From Mollicutes bacterium (GTDB lineage Bacteria > Bacillota_I > Bacilli_A > RF39 > UBA660), in assembly GCA_003559495.1 (NCBI GenBank), contig PWLE01000009.1, positions 1 to 56,245 of the forward strand: a stretch of 56,245 nucleotides of DNA, given 5' to 3'. The notes beneath the pieces were generated by a model. The model ran no database searches. It saw only the letters and a list, made by a program, of their open reading frames with translations, and had not been told where the DNA came from. Each line of letters opens with the position of its first letter. The stretch's first letter is position 1. A program made the translations under genes and the position numbers. Shown in pieces: positions 44,354-54,950 of the stretch.

Positions 44354-46371
44354 TTCTCTTCTCCTTCTATTTCTTTTTGTTCTATATCTTTTGCTAATAA
44401 ATCATGAATAATAATTCCTCTGGAAACTGTCAATAATCGATCAGCATAATTTTCAAAATAATCAATTTTATCAACACTAACATGATACTCGGGATTAATT
44501 AACTTAACCTCGCTACGCTGAGTATTATAATAAACCTCATTAGTTAACCAATTTCCCGATGGAAAAACAACCACATTTTCATCAACACTAAAAATATCAT
44601 TTCCTAAAGCATAAGGATTATAAAAACCAAACATGTTTCCTAAAGTAGGCATAATATCATACATCCCCATAACTTCATCTACCTCACCTTGAATCTCAGA
44701 ATCATTAGTCCAAATTATTAAAGGAACACTTTTGTAAAGTTCACGCCGATAAAAATCAAAATTAATATAATTCTCATCTTCTGAATCTAATATATCATCA
44801 GTTTCAGGATCATAATTAAACAAGCGATCATAATCACCTTTCCTTAATTTTGCATCATGATCACCATAAATAACAATCACCGTGTCATCTAAGATATCAG
44901 TTTCCTGTAGCAAATCAATAAGTTTTCCCATTGCGGCATCAGCATAATGAATTGACGTTAAATAATTACCAATTCTCGTACCATCAATAAAAGGAATTTC
45001 CTCTTCTATCATCATATCTAATTCTTCATCATAATAACTATACGGCAGTGAAAAATCAAAATCCACTATCTCTTGTTCGACTATATCACGAAACGGCGTA
45101 TGATTAGTTAAAGTAATCAAAGTTCCATAAAAATTTTCTTCCCGTTGGTGAATTTCTTCAATAATAGGTACTGCCTGGCGGAAGAAAGACTTATCACTAA
45201 GACCTAATTGAATTATTTCATCTAATTCAAAATCTTTTTCATGATAGAAAAAATAATCATAACCTAATGAAGGATGTAAAACATTACGGTTCCAATAAGT
45301 GCCATTATTAGCATGCATACTAAATGAATAGTAATCCTTCTCTTTTAATAATTTTGGAATTGAAACATATTCACGATCAAAATAATTAATTGCCACTGTA
45401 CCACTATTAATAGGCATTAATGATGTATTTAATGTAAACTCACTATCACTACTAGTGCCAACGGCATCTTGAGCGTAAAAGTTAGTAAAAAACAAACCTT
45501 CTTGCGCTAAACGATTAATATTAGGTGTTAATTCCCGCCCGTTAAACTCTAAATCCATAACAAAAGATTGAAAACTTTCGGCATGAATACTAATAATATT
45601 TTTGCCCTCAAAAATATTAGTATATTTATTTATAGAGGGCCTGTTATCTCGTTCTTCAAAATAATCAATAAACTTCTTTCGTGCTTCATCATAACCAAAT
45701 AAATTTGTTAAGCTTGATTGCACGGAACTAACCATATCGTTAACATGATAAACATACAATCCATATCGCGTAACAATAAATTCACGATTCCACTGTTTTC
45801 CTAATCTACTAATATCAACTCCCGATAAATTGGATGCAAAAAAAGCAAATAAAATAATCGCAACTACTAATGTAGAAAAAGCGCGCACTTTATCACGGCC
45901 ATTTTCTTCAATTTTTTTAAAGAAATCACGATTAGATAAATTTTTATAGGCAAAAATTAATGCTGCCACCGGCCACAAATGAGAAAAATCCCGGAAATGC
46001 ATAACATCAAAAACAATAGCATCCGCCACACCTATTAGTTGTGAAGATGTCGCTATTAATGAAATAGAAGTAAATGAATTAAAATTACGATAATACATTG
46101 CATTTACTAGTGCTAAAATAGAAAATAAAATGGTAAAAAATAAAAAATAACGATAACGATTCTGGCCTTTAAAAAAATAACCAAAAGCACCAATAAACAA
46201 TACGGTTGCCACATCAGCAATAAAAGGTTCTCTATCAAAAATATTACCAACCGTAAAGTAGCGCAATAACCAGGCATTGGCAACCGTTATAATTACAAAA
46301 ATTACAAATAACATATTATTACGAAAATATAATTTTATTCTTTCACCCATTGTTTGTATATCTAATAGCAT
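44350..46371 (-). CDS. ltaS: LtaS-family lipoteichoic acid synthase / phosphoglycerol transferase (sulfatase fold)
   Basis: Five N-terminal TM helices, then the extracellular domain with HAESFQSF, GTSSDSEFT, HANNGTYWNR, GDHD; ATG at 46371 behind GGGGTGA. Confidence 0.85.
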   Translation of the reverse strand: MLLDIQTMGERIKLYFRNNMLFVIFVIITVANAWLLRYFTVGNIFDREPFIADVATVLFIGAFGYFFKGQNRYRYFLFFTILFSILALVNAMYYRNFNSFTSISLIATSSQLIGVADAIVFDVMHFRDFSHLWPVAALIFAYKNLSNRDFFKKIEENGRDKVRAFSTLVVAIILFAFFASNLSGVDISRLGKQWNREFIVTRYGLYVYHVNDMVSSVQSSLTNLFGYDEARKKFIDYFEERDNRPSINKYTNIFEGKNIISIHAESFQSFVMDLEFNGRELTPNINRLAQEGLFFTNFYAQDAVGTSSDSEFTLNTSLMPINSGTVAINYFDREYVSIPKLLKEKDYYSFSMHANNGTYWNRNVLHPSLGYDYFFYHEKDFELDEIIQLGLSDKSFFRQAVPIIEEIHQREENFYGTLITLTNHTPFRDIVEQEIVDFDFSLPYSYYDEELDMMIEEEIPFIDGTRIGNYLTSIHYADAAMGKLIDLLQETDILDDTVIVIYGDHDAKLRKGDYDRLFNYDPETDDILDSEDENYINFDFYRRELYKSVPLIIWTNDSEIQGEVDEVMGMYDIMPTLGNMFGFYNPYALGNDIFSVDENVVVFPSGNWLTNEVYYNTQRSEVKLINPEYHVSVDKIDYFENYADRLLTVSRGIIIHDLLAKDIEQKEIEGEEK

Positions 46372-46375
46372 TTTA

Positions 46376-47203
46376 TCACCCCGTTTTTGTTTTTTTATAA
46401 TAAATTTTTGCGTTAATAGCAAGACCCAAAATTAAAAAATATGACAAAACATAAATCCAAATCATGAAAATTATCAAAGTTGATAAACTACCATATATTA
46501 AATCATAGCTAGCAAAATTATCAACCCAATACGAATAAATATATGTTACTAAAATCCACATAATAGTAGTTACAAGTGCTCCCCAAAAAGTTGATTTAAC
46601 GCCAATTGTATTATCCGGTGCGATAGTATATATAATATTAATCACTAATAAAATATAAAGAAAAGCAATCGGCCAACGCAATAAAACAAATAAAGCATCA
46701 ATATGTGCTTTTATCGAATCACTAGCAATAAAATCATTAATTACATTAACAATATTATTCCCAAAAGCCATTACTATTAACATAAAAAAGAAAAGCAAAA
46801 ATAATAAAAATGTCATAAATAAGGCTTTTAAACGCCGCACCAAAAATTTGCCCTCTTTATTGCCATAAAGTTCATTAGCAATAATAATAACTGAATACAG
46901 GCCACCGGAAGCAACAAACATACTTAATAAAACAAAAATAATAAGGTTTATCTCAAAGCGACTACGAGTAATTGTATCTAATAGTACTTCACCGGCCGCT
47001 TCGGGAAAATTATTTTGAATAAATTCAATTACAATTGCTGCTGATCCCTCATATTGAGTAGTTATAATAATTATAACTAATAAAAGCGGCACAATTGATA
47101 ACATTAAAAAATAAGCAAGATGAGCTGGTAAAATATTCATCTCGGGCAAACGCAAAAGATCCCAAATTTCACGAGCATACTTGCGTAAATTTAAACAATT
47201 CAT
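46376..47203 (-). CDS. YihY/BrkB-family integral membrane protein
   Basis: PAHLAYFLMLSIVPLL signature and six TM segments. Confidence 0.7.
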   Translation of the reverse strand: MNCLNLRKYAREIWDLLRLPEMNILPAHLAYFLMLSIVPLLLVIIIITTQYEGSAAIVIEFIQNNFPEAAGEVLLDTITRSRFEINLIIFVLLSMFVASGGLYSVIIIANELYGNKEGKFLVRRLKALFMTFLLFLLFFFMLIVMAFGNNIVNVINDFIASDSIKAHIDALFVLLRWPIAFLYILLVINIIYTIAPDNTIGVKSTFWGALVTTIMWILVTYIYSYWVDNFASYDLIYGSLSTLIIFMIWIYVLSYFLILGLAINAKIYYKKTKTG

Positions 47204-47204
47204 T

Positions 47205-49280
47205 TTAATCCAACACCTTTTTATTTCTCATATCAATTGTGGCTTCATTAATAGCATCATCAACTGTTTTCATTTCACTTTCAATAACACTATAACCAAT
47301 TGTCGCCCCAAAACCATGGTTTAGTTTTTCCATTTCTTTTTGTAATTTTTTAACATAGGCGGAAACCTTTTTTTCATCAGCACCAACTATATAAATTAAA
47401 AATTCATTGCCACTTGTCCTAATGATTTCCGAATTTTCTTCTTGATTAGCAATTAATAAATTGGCCGCTTCTTTAATTAAATTATCGCCTTCAACATGGC
47501 CATAATTATCATTAACATAAGCAACATTATTTAAATCAAGCACCAAAATTGCTTGCGGATAAACTTCACAATTATCCCATTTTTCAATATTATCATTCAA
47601 AAAATTACGGTTTTTCAAAGATGTTAATAAATCAATATATTTTAATTTGTTTTCCTTTGATAAGCTTAGATTGTCACCTTTGCGAAAACCTAAAACATAT
47701 ACCAAAACGAGATAAACAATAAAACAAATACTTAAAAATGAGGCTAAAATAATTGCAATAAGGCTATAATTTATTTTCGTATCAACATCATAACTTTCTA
47801 AAAATCCAGCATGAAAAATTTCATTTTTATCAATAAAACTTAAATAGAAATTAAAATAATTACGAAAAATTTCATTTTCATTGGAGCTACTTAATATCAT
47901 TAAACTATTAGTTTCTGGCTGCAATTGATAAATTTGATAATAATCGGCAAACCAACGCGAACGATAAAATTCTAAAATACTATTTTCTAATACAACAACA
48001 TCATAATCGCGATTGCGACGATTGAAATATTCATATTCTATTTCATGATTATTTAATAATGATTCTAAAAATGGATCAGGGAAAATTGCAATATCATATT
48101 TTCGCAAATCAGCCAAAGAATTAATAATAACATTTTTTCTAACATCACCAATTACCGTAAAAGAATTACGAAAAATATTATTAGTTTCTAGTGCATCTAT
48201 CTCATAATCTTTGCTTTTATTAGTTGATATCAAATCTAGTTCACCATTATTAAAAGCTGCTTCTAAATTTTGCATATCATCATATTGATGATAACGAATT
48301 TCGATGCCCGTTTTTTCGGCAAATTGTTCTAGTAATAAAATATTTATGCCAACAGCAGCACCATAATCATAAAAATGATATGGTGTTTGCGAAACAAAAC
48401 CAAAATCATAACGTTTCCCTCGGAAATCTAATTGATCTTTTTCATTAATTTCTTTTTTGGAAAAATAAATATCATTAAATCGTTCATAAAATTTACGTTG
48501 ATAATTTTCTTGTTCCCAATCTTGATAATATTTTGTTAATAAGGAATTTAGTTTTTCAACTTCGCCTAATTCTAAAACATAAAAAAACTCTAAGTTTGTT
48601 AAATTTAAAACTATTTGATATGAACTTGCTACTATTTTGGGAAGATTGATTGTTTTAGGCACAACCAAAAATTCATTTTTAGAAGTTTCCTCTACTATTT
48701 CTTCCTCTTCTTGCTCACCCTCCTGCTCCTCTTCTTCCACTTCTTCTTCTGAAGTAGCAAACATGTCACTATAATCAGATACTACTTTTAATTCAAACTC
48801 ATAATCAACAAAAAAATCTTCAATAATCTCTTGATCTGATTCTTGAACAACAAAAATTAATTCATCAATAGCTTGTAAATCAGCTAAATCATTTAAATAT
48901 TCCCCATGCTGGGATAAAATAACATAATTATCTTGATACAATAATATATCATCTTTCTCTATTGTTCTTTTAATTACAAACTTATAATCTGCATCAATCT
49001 CACTATTATACGTAAATGGTACTTTATTAAAAGCCAATTCCGTTTTCTTTTCAAATGCTTCAAGAAAAGAAAAGAAAATTCCTTCTCCCGTTGCCGTAAA
49101 AAGTGGAATATTATTTACAACCCCTAAATCAATCACTCTATTTTTGTTTTCTTCAATCCACTGTCGTTCTGCTAAACTAAAACCGGTGATATCTCTTTCT
49201 TGAATAAAAAACCAGTAATAACCACTAACAAACAAAAATAAAATGCCTAATAATATGAATAATCCCTTCGTCGCTTTCAT
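47205..49280 (-). CDS. Membrane receptor: tandem periplasmic-binding-protein-like sensor region, TM, C-terminal degenerate GGDEF domain (SGNEF)
   Basis: LTSLKNRNFL...LDLNNVAYVNDNYGHVEGDNLIK...RTSGNEFLIY matches the GGDEF-domain architecture with GG(D/E)EF replaced by SGNEF. Confidence 0.7.
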   Translation of the reverse strand: MKATKGLFILLGILFLFVSGYYWFFIQERDITGFSLAERQWIEENKNRVIDLGVVNNIPLFTATGEGIFFSFLEAFEKKTELAFNKVPFTYNSEIDADYKFVIKRTIEKDDILLYQDNYVILSQHGEYLNDLADLQAIDELIFVVQESDQEIIEDFFVDYEFELKVVSDYSDMFATSEEEVEEEEQEGEQEEEEIVEETSKNEFLVVPKTINLPKIVASSYQIVLNLTNLEFFYVLELGEVEKLNSLLTKYYQDWEQENYQRKFYERFNDIYFSKKEINEKDQLDFRGKRYDFGFVSQTPYHFYDYGAAVGINILLLEQFAEKTGIEIRYHQYDDMQNLEAAFNNGELDLISTNKSKDYEIDALETNNIFRNSFTVIGDVRKNVIINSLADLRKYDIAIFPDPFLESLLNNHEIEYEYFNRRNRDYDVVVLENSILEFYRSRWFADYYQIYQLQPETNSLMILSSSNENEIFRNYFNFYLSFIDKNEIFHAGFLESYDVDTKINYSLIAIILASFLSICFIVYLVLVYVLGFRKGDNLSLSKENKLKYIDLLTSLKNRNFLNDNIEKWDNCEVYPQAILVLDLNNVAYVNDNYGHVEGDNLIKEAANLLIANQEENSEIIRTSGNEFLIYIVGADEKKVSAYVKKLQKEMEKLNHGFGATIGYSVIESEMKTVDDAINEATIDMRNKKVLD

Positions 49281-49292
49281 GCTTTGCCTCCC

Positions 49293-49811
49293 TTAATTAG
49301 TCCATACAAAATTCAATGAATTCCGATGTTTATAGCCGATCTGAGGATAAATCCTCTTTTCTTCTTCTTCCTGGTGTTCCTCATCATACTCTTCCTCGAC
49401 TTCATCAGTTTCATCTTCTTCACTTGTTAAAAATATTTGCATATCAAAAAAACTTTTTTCCTCATCTGAAAAAAGAGTTAAAATTTCATCACTAATTGAT
49501 TTTGCAACTATTAAATCAGTACCTAGAAAAACTTCAATGCGAAAATTTATTATCCTACCCGCTAAAGAAACATCAACATCTTTAATATACTCTTCTTCAC
49601 TAAGTGTTTCTGCTACTTCATCCAATCGACTTTCACTCACATTAAACTCTTCAACGCCATCTAATCGGCCACCATAAAAACTTACGCCTCGATCAGGAAT
49701 AAGAGCTAAAATGCCCCAAGTTATAAACCCTATAAACGCAATTAAAATAATTGACACTATTATTAGATATTTATATTTACATAAATTAAACCAAAATTTC
49801 TTCAATTTCAA
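49293..49811 (-). CDS. Hypothetical membrane-anchored protein with an acidic C-terminal segment
   Basis: N-terminal TM; the track start is a TTG, and the second TTG at 49805 has better SD spacing (GAGGTGG). Confidence 0.5.
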   Translation of the reverse strand: MKLKKFWFNLCKYKYLIIVSIILIAFIGFITWGILALIPDRGVSFYGGRLDGVEEFNVSESRLDEVAETLSEEEYIKDVDVSLAGRIINFRIEVFLGTDLIVAKSISDEILTLFSDEEKSFFDMQIFLTSEEDETDEVEEEYDEEHQEEEEKRIYPQIGYKHRNSLNFVWTN

Positions 49812-49861
49812 TCCACCTCTTTATTATCATATTATACTATAAACACTCCTAATATGCAATA

Positions 49862-51268
49862 CTAGGACAATTGGGAAAGAAGCAATTGATGCGCTTTTTG
49901 CGGATCAATTTTGCCCTTACTTTTTTTCATTATTTGACCCATTAAATATTTTAAAACTCGCTCATTGCCATCACGATAAGACGCAACCTCTTTTTTGTTT
50001 TCAGCCATAACTTCATTAATAATCGTTAAAATTTCATCCTCGTTACTAATGCTACCTTCTTTTATCTGCTTAAGATTTTCTTTTAAACTGCCTTTCCCTA
50101 ATAATAGATTTTCTAAAATTGCTTGAATTTGTTGATCATTTAATTCCGCTTGTTTTATTAACTCATTAAAATCTTTCGCTGTTAATTTAGTTTCTTTTAA
50201 AGTTAAACCATGCTTATTTAAATATTTTAAAACTCCTGAAACTAAATACTTAGCAGCGATTGGTGCTGTTTTTTGATCATAAATTTCCTCAAAAAAAGCA
50301 GCTAATTCACGGGAAGACAAAATCGCCTTTATAGTTGGTTCATTAATACCGGCTTGTTGATATTTATTATATAACTGATCTGGCAAAATCGGCATTGCCT
50401 CTTTTATCCGCATTATATCTTCTTCACTTATTTCAACTAAAGGCAAGTCTGATTCAGGAAAATAACGATAATCATTTTTACCTTCTTTTTCTCTTAACAA
50501 TTCCGTTTTCTTTTTATTTTCCACATATCTTCTTGTTTGTGATTTTATTTGACCCCCTGATGATAAAATTTCTTTTTGTCTTTTTGTTTCATATTCAATT
50601 GCACTTACTACATAAGAAATAGAACCAACATTTTTGATTTCAACCTTAGTTCCCAATTTATTAGTGTCACTAATGGAGACGTTTGCCTCACAACGCATAC
50701 TGCCCTCTTCCATTTTCACATCACTAACATCTAAATAACGTAAAATTTCCCGCACTTTTGTTAAATATAATTTAACTTCCTCAGCACTTTCTATAACTGG
50801 TTTGGTAACAATTTCAATTAAAGGAATTCCCGCGCGATTATAATCCAAATAGGTTTTGTCATCTTCGTGAATGCTTTTACAAGTATCTTCTTCAATATGA
50901 ACACATTCAATAGCAATTTTTTTTCGTTTGCCACCTATCTCAATTTCAATATAACCATCATAACCAATCGGTGTGTTATGTTGAGTAATTTGATATCCTT
51001 TTGGCAAATCTAAATAGAAGTAGTTTTTACGATCAAAGTGCATTTTTTTATTAATTTTACAATTTAATGCTAAAGCTGCTTTAAGCGCTAATTCAATTGC
51101 TTCGTGATTTAATTGCGGGAGGGTTCCGGGCAGAGCAATATCAATTAAATTAACATTGATATTTGGTTTCGCAGAAAAACAATTAGGAGCATTAGAAAAC
51201 ATTTTTCCTTCCGTTTTAAGTTCGGCATGAATTTCCATACCAATGGTTGGTTTATACACTCTCATCAC
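49862..51268 (-). CDS. gatB: Asp/Glu-tRNA amidotransferase subunit B
   Basis: PTIGMEIHAEL, CEANVS, C-terminal YqeY-like tail. Confidence 0.95.
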   Translation of the reverse strand: MMRVYKPTIGMEIHAELKTEGKMFSNAPNCFSAKPNINVNLIDIALPGTLPQLNHEAIELALKAALALNCKINKKMHFDRKNYFYLDLPKGYQITQHNTPIGYDGYIEIEIGGKRKKIAIECVHIEEDTCKSIHEDDKTYLDYNRAGIPLIEIVTKPVIESAEEVKLYLTKVREILRYLDVSDVKMEEGSMRCEANVSISDTNKLGTKVEIKNVGSISYVVSAIEYETKRQKEILSSGGQIKSQTRRYVENKKKTELLREKEGKNDYRYFPESDLPLVEISEEDIMRIKEAMPILPDQLYNKYQQAGINEPTIKAILSSRELAAFFEEIYDQKTAPIAAKYLVSGVLKYLNKHGLTLKETKLTAKDFNELIKQAELNDQQIQAILENLLLGKGSLKENLKQIKEGSISNEDEILTIINEVMAENKKEVASYRDGNERVLKYLMGQIMKKSKGKIDPQKAHQLLLSQLS

Positions 51269-52676
51269 CCCTTACTAATGCTTCTAACTCTAGAGCAAAG
51301 GCATAAATCGTCTTCTCATCATAGTAGCGACCCGCAATTTGAACGCCAATTGGCATATTGTCAATTTTATCAGCAGGCATTACCAATGATGGATGCCCTG
51401 ACATACTAAAAGGAATAGCTAATAAATCTTGTAAGAAGCTTTCATTTGGTTCTCTTTTCTTTCCTAGTATTAATGAAGTTGACACGGTTGCAGGGGTCAT
51501 AATTAAATCATATTGTTGAAAAACGGCTTTTATTTCATCAGTTAATTCCCGTCTAACTTGCAATGCTTTTTTATAGTAAACATCAACATTTTCACTACTT
51601 AATACATAAGTTCCAACCATGATTCTTCTTTTTACTTCAGTGCCAAAACCAGCCGTTCTTGTTTTTGTAACAAAATCATCATAATCTTGATAATTTTCCG
51701 TTTGATAACCGTATTTGATACCATCAAAACGTAATAAATTACTACTTGCTTCTGCTAATGCTATTACCTGATATAAAGGAATCGCATATTTCATAAAAGG
51801 AACTTCCACAAAATCAACTTGATGACCAGCAGCCTTTATCTTATCTAAACAATTTAAAAAAACAGAAACAACATCGGCATTAATTATTTTTGTAAGACAA
51901 AATCTCGGAATAGCAATTCGATATTTTTCCTTTTTAGTAATATCATCAACTGAAAAAGGTTTTTCTGAAGAAGTATTCAAATCATCATCAGAGGGACCAT
52001 TAATAGCAGCAAATAAATGAGCATTTTCTATTACATTTCGACTCATTGGTCCAATTTGATCTAAGCTAGATGCAAAGGCAACTAAACCATAACGTGAAAT
52101 GCGCCCATAAGTAGGATTTAATCCTACAAGACCACAAAATGCCGCTGGTTCGCGAATACTACCTCCCGTATCACTTCCTAATGCTAAAGGCGTTAGACCT
52201 CCAGCAACAGCGGCAGCACTACCACTACTACTTCCTCCTGGAGAAAAATTTTTATTTAAAGGGTTTTTAGTAGGTCCAAAATAACTTGTTTCACCAGTTC
52301 CTCCCATAGCAAATTCATCCATATTAGTTTTTCCAACTATTATCATGTTTTTTTCTTTTAATTTTTTAACGACAGTAGCATCAAAAACAGAAATATAATT
52401 TTCTAAAATTTTTGAACCACAAGTAGTTGGAACTCCTTGCAAAACAATATTATCCTTAACAGCAATTGGGATACCAAATAATATATTATCAACTTCCTTT
52501 TTTTCTAAAAGTCGGGCTTGTTTACGAGCTTCATCTAAATTCAAAGTAATAAAAGCATTTAAATCAGAAGCCACCACTTTTTTAGCAAACTCTTCTACTA
52601 AATCAATTGGCATAATAACTCCCTCTTTTAACATTTGGTTAATTTTTTTTAATTCTAAATCTAATAAATTCTTCAT
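51252..52676 (-). CDS. gatA: Glu-tRNA(Gln) amidotransferase subunit A
   Basis: Amidase signature GGSSSGSAAAVA..GSDTGGSIR; ATG at 52676 forms an ATGA overlap with the gatC stop. Confidence 0.95.
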   Translation of the reverse strand: MKNLLDLELKKINQMLKEGVIMPIDLVEEFAKKVVASDLNAFITLNLDEARKQARLLEKKEVDNILFGIPIAVKDNIVLQGVPTTCGSKILENYISVFDATVVKKLKEKNMIIVGKTNMDEFAMGGTGETSYFGPTKNPLNKNFSPGGSSSGSAAAVAGGLTPLALGSDTGGSIREPAAFCGLVGLNPTYGRISRYGLVAFASSLDQIGPMSRNVIENAHLFAAINGPSDDDLNTSSEKPFSVDDITKKEKYRIAIPRFCLTKIINADVVSVFLNCLDKIKAAGHQVDFVEVPFMKYAIPLYQVIALAEASSNLLRFDGIKYGYQTENYQDYDDFVTKTRTAGFGTEVKRRIMVGTYVLSSENVDVYYKKALQVRRELTDEIKAVFQQYDLIMTPATVSTSLILGKKREPNESFLQDLLAIPFSMSGHPSLVMPADKIDNMPIGVQIAGRYYDEKTIYAFALELEALVRGDESV

Positions 52677-52954
52677 TTTTGCCACCTTTTAAAAACATGA
52701 TAACCTTTTTCTAATTTGCCAAATACTTTTTTTACATCAATTGTTTTCAAATTTTGACAACTTTCATTTTTATAAAATCGATTAATACTTTGATTTGGCG
52801 TTATTAACATGTCCTTATCAACATCAACATTTAAAATCTTATCAACACTTTCCATAATAATAGAAAATTCTTGATAATACTTATCCAAATTATCCTCAAT
52901 GTCAATTTTACACAACTTTGACACATGGCGAATCTTTTCTTTTTTTACAGCCAC
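52673..52954 (-). CDS. gatC: Asp/Glu-tRNA amidotransferase subunit C
   Basis: 93-aa product if started at the GTG 7 nt after AAGGAGG; synteny gatC-gatA-gatB; the N-terminal 34 aa of the track ORF lack any SD. Confidence 0.75.
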   Translation of the reverse strand: MAVKKEKIRHVSKLCKIDIEDNLDKYYQEFSIIMESVDKILNVDVDKDMLITPNQSINRFYKNESCQNLKTIDVKKVFGKLEKGYHVFKRWQK

Positions 52955-53099
52955 TTGCTTTCCTCCTTTGTAATCTCTCAAAACAAAAATAATAAAATAT
53001 ATTTTGCCATTACAATTATATATTTTATTATAACATTTTATTTTGAAATAAGGCAAGAATTATAAAAAAACACGATAAGATTACTCTGCCATATTTCTA

Positions 53100-53600
53100 T
53101 TATCTTTTACTAAATATACAACCACAATAATTTTGACTATAAATATTATATTTTTTGATTTTGTCTTTTTTTAAACCTTTTTTATCTAAATTTAGGAACA
53201 AATATTTAGTACTCATTTTTCTTCCTAATTGATCAATTTTGTCTTTATTTTTATAAGGACTTACTACTAAAGTGGAGGCAAAAAAATCAAAATCTTTCCC
53301 ATAGTTTTTCATTTTTTCTAAACGCATTTCATAACAAATAAAACAGCGCTTACCACCTTCTTTTTCATTTTCAAAAATTTTTATTTTTGTTAAAAACTTG
53401 TCATTTTCATATGGACCTTCAATTAAATCTACATTATAAATGCCCGCAATTTTCTTTACTTCATTTAATCTTTTTTCATATTCAAAAAAATCCATTATAT
53501 TAGGATTATAAAAATATAACGTTATTTGATAATTTTTTAAATTATCTATTATTGTTAATAAACATGGTGCACAACAAACATGCAACAATAATTTTTTCAT
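53100..53600 (-). CDS. queH: Epoxyqueuosine reductase QueH (DUF208)
   Basis: LLHVCCAPC near the N-terminus, YFYNPNI, C-terminal CGC; ATGA overlap with the der 3' end. Confidence 0.8.
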   Translation of the reverse strand: MKKLLLHVCCAPCLLTIIDNLKNYQITLYFYNPNIMDFFEYEKRLNEVKKIAGIYNVDLIEGPYENDKFLTKIKIFENEKEGGKRCFICYEMRLEKMKNYGKDFDFFASTLVVSPYKNKDKIDQLGRKMSTKYLFLNLDKKGLKKDKIKKYNIYSQNYCGCIFSKR

Positions 53601-54916
53601 TGTCTTTCTTCACCCTTATTTTTAAATTGTAAAACAACTGGCGTACCACAAAAATCAAAATTTTCGCGAATTTTATTTTCTAAATATCTTTCATAAGAAA
53701 AATGAATTAAACCTTTATCATTAACTTGAATGTCAAAACGAGGGGGCTGGATAGCTACTTGTGATGAAAAATATAATTTTAAATTACGTCCTTTATAACT
53801 TGGTGGTGGATTTAAATAAAAAGCATCTCTAATAACATTATTTAACATGCTAGTAGAAATTTTTCTTTGCGCATTTTCAAAAGCATTTAAAACGGGGGGC
53901 ATTAAAGTTTCAATTCTTTTACCTGTTAATGCAGATAAAAAAACAATTGACACATAAGGAATAAAGGCAAACTCTTGTCTTATTTTTATTGTAAAATCTT
54001 TAATTGTTAAATTATTATCGGGTGCCAAATCCCACTTATTAACAGCTAAGACAATTGCTTTTCCTGCTGCTAGGGCATAACCAACAATATGTTTATCTTG
54101 CTAAACAATACCGCTTTCCGCATCTAAAACAACAACACAAACATCACTTCGATCAATTGCTTTTATCGTTCTTATTAAACTATATTTTTCAACTTTTTCA
54201 TATATTTTGCCCCGCCGACGCAATCCTGCTGTATCAATTGCGACAATTGCTTGCTCTTGATATTGGAAAACCGTATCAATCGCATCTCTTGTTGTGCCTG
54301 GTTGATCACTAACAATTATTCGCTTTTCTTTTAATAGGGCATTTACTAAACTACTTTTTCCTACATTAGGACGGCCTATTAATGAAAATTTTAAATATGA
54401 ATTATCTTCCGCTTCTGCTAACTGTGGCATATTCATAATAATATGATCTAACAATTCAAATAATCCTTCTTTTTGCTCTCCGGAAACCGAAAAATAATTT
54501 TTTAAACCTAATTCATAGAAATCATATTGATGTTTTTGATATTCTTTTGTATCAGATTTATTAATCGCGACAACAATTGGTTTTTTAGTATTTAGCAACA
54601 TGTCACGAATGGCATAATCATTAACTTGTAATCCTTCTTTGCCATCAACAACAAAAACAATTAGATCCGCTTCGTCAATTGCTAAGTTTACTTGCATTTT
54701 TATTTCTTCATTTAATTTTTCTTCATTTAAAACAATACCGCCGGTATCAATTACATGAAAAAATTTATCATCAAAACTAGCCATTCCATAAACCCGATCA
54801 CGAGTAATTCCTGGAATATCTTCGGTAATAGCTATTTTCTTGCCCACTATTGCATTAAATAATGTTGATTTGCCAACATTTGGTCGCCCTACTAAAGCCA
54901 CTACTCCTTTACGCAT
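53597..54916 (-). pseudogene. der: Ribosome-associated GTPase Der/EngA, full length (440 codons) but interrupted by one in-frame TAG at 54101..54103
   Basis: Two ORFs in the same frame. GD1 GRPNVGKSTLFN, GD2 GRPNVGKSSLVN..DTAG; the 72-nt gap translates QDKHIVGYALAAGKAIVLAVNKWD (G4); the KH-like C-terminus is in the 53597..54028 piece. Confidence 0.85.
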
Positions 54917-54950
54917 TTTATCACCCCTAAAAAAAGAAAACTAGAACTAT

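Noticed and set aside
52910-52960. Apparent +1 frame discontinuity in gatC when I hand-translated around 52917..52921 (T/G run)
   Set aside because: The supplied ORF track gives one continuous 127-codon frame, and coordinates on both sides (52673 stop, 53100 next gene) agree with it. I attribute this to my own homopolymer miscount rather than a real frameshift.
54055-54312. Plus-strand 85-aa ORF spanning the der TAG site, considered as a possible real gene that might explain the split
   Set aside because: It has no SD and its product is a Leu/Gln/His-rich antisense-type sequence. The der reading frame is continuous and conserved through this region apart from the one TAG.
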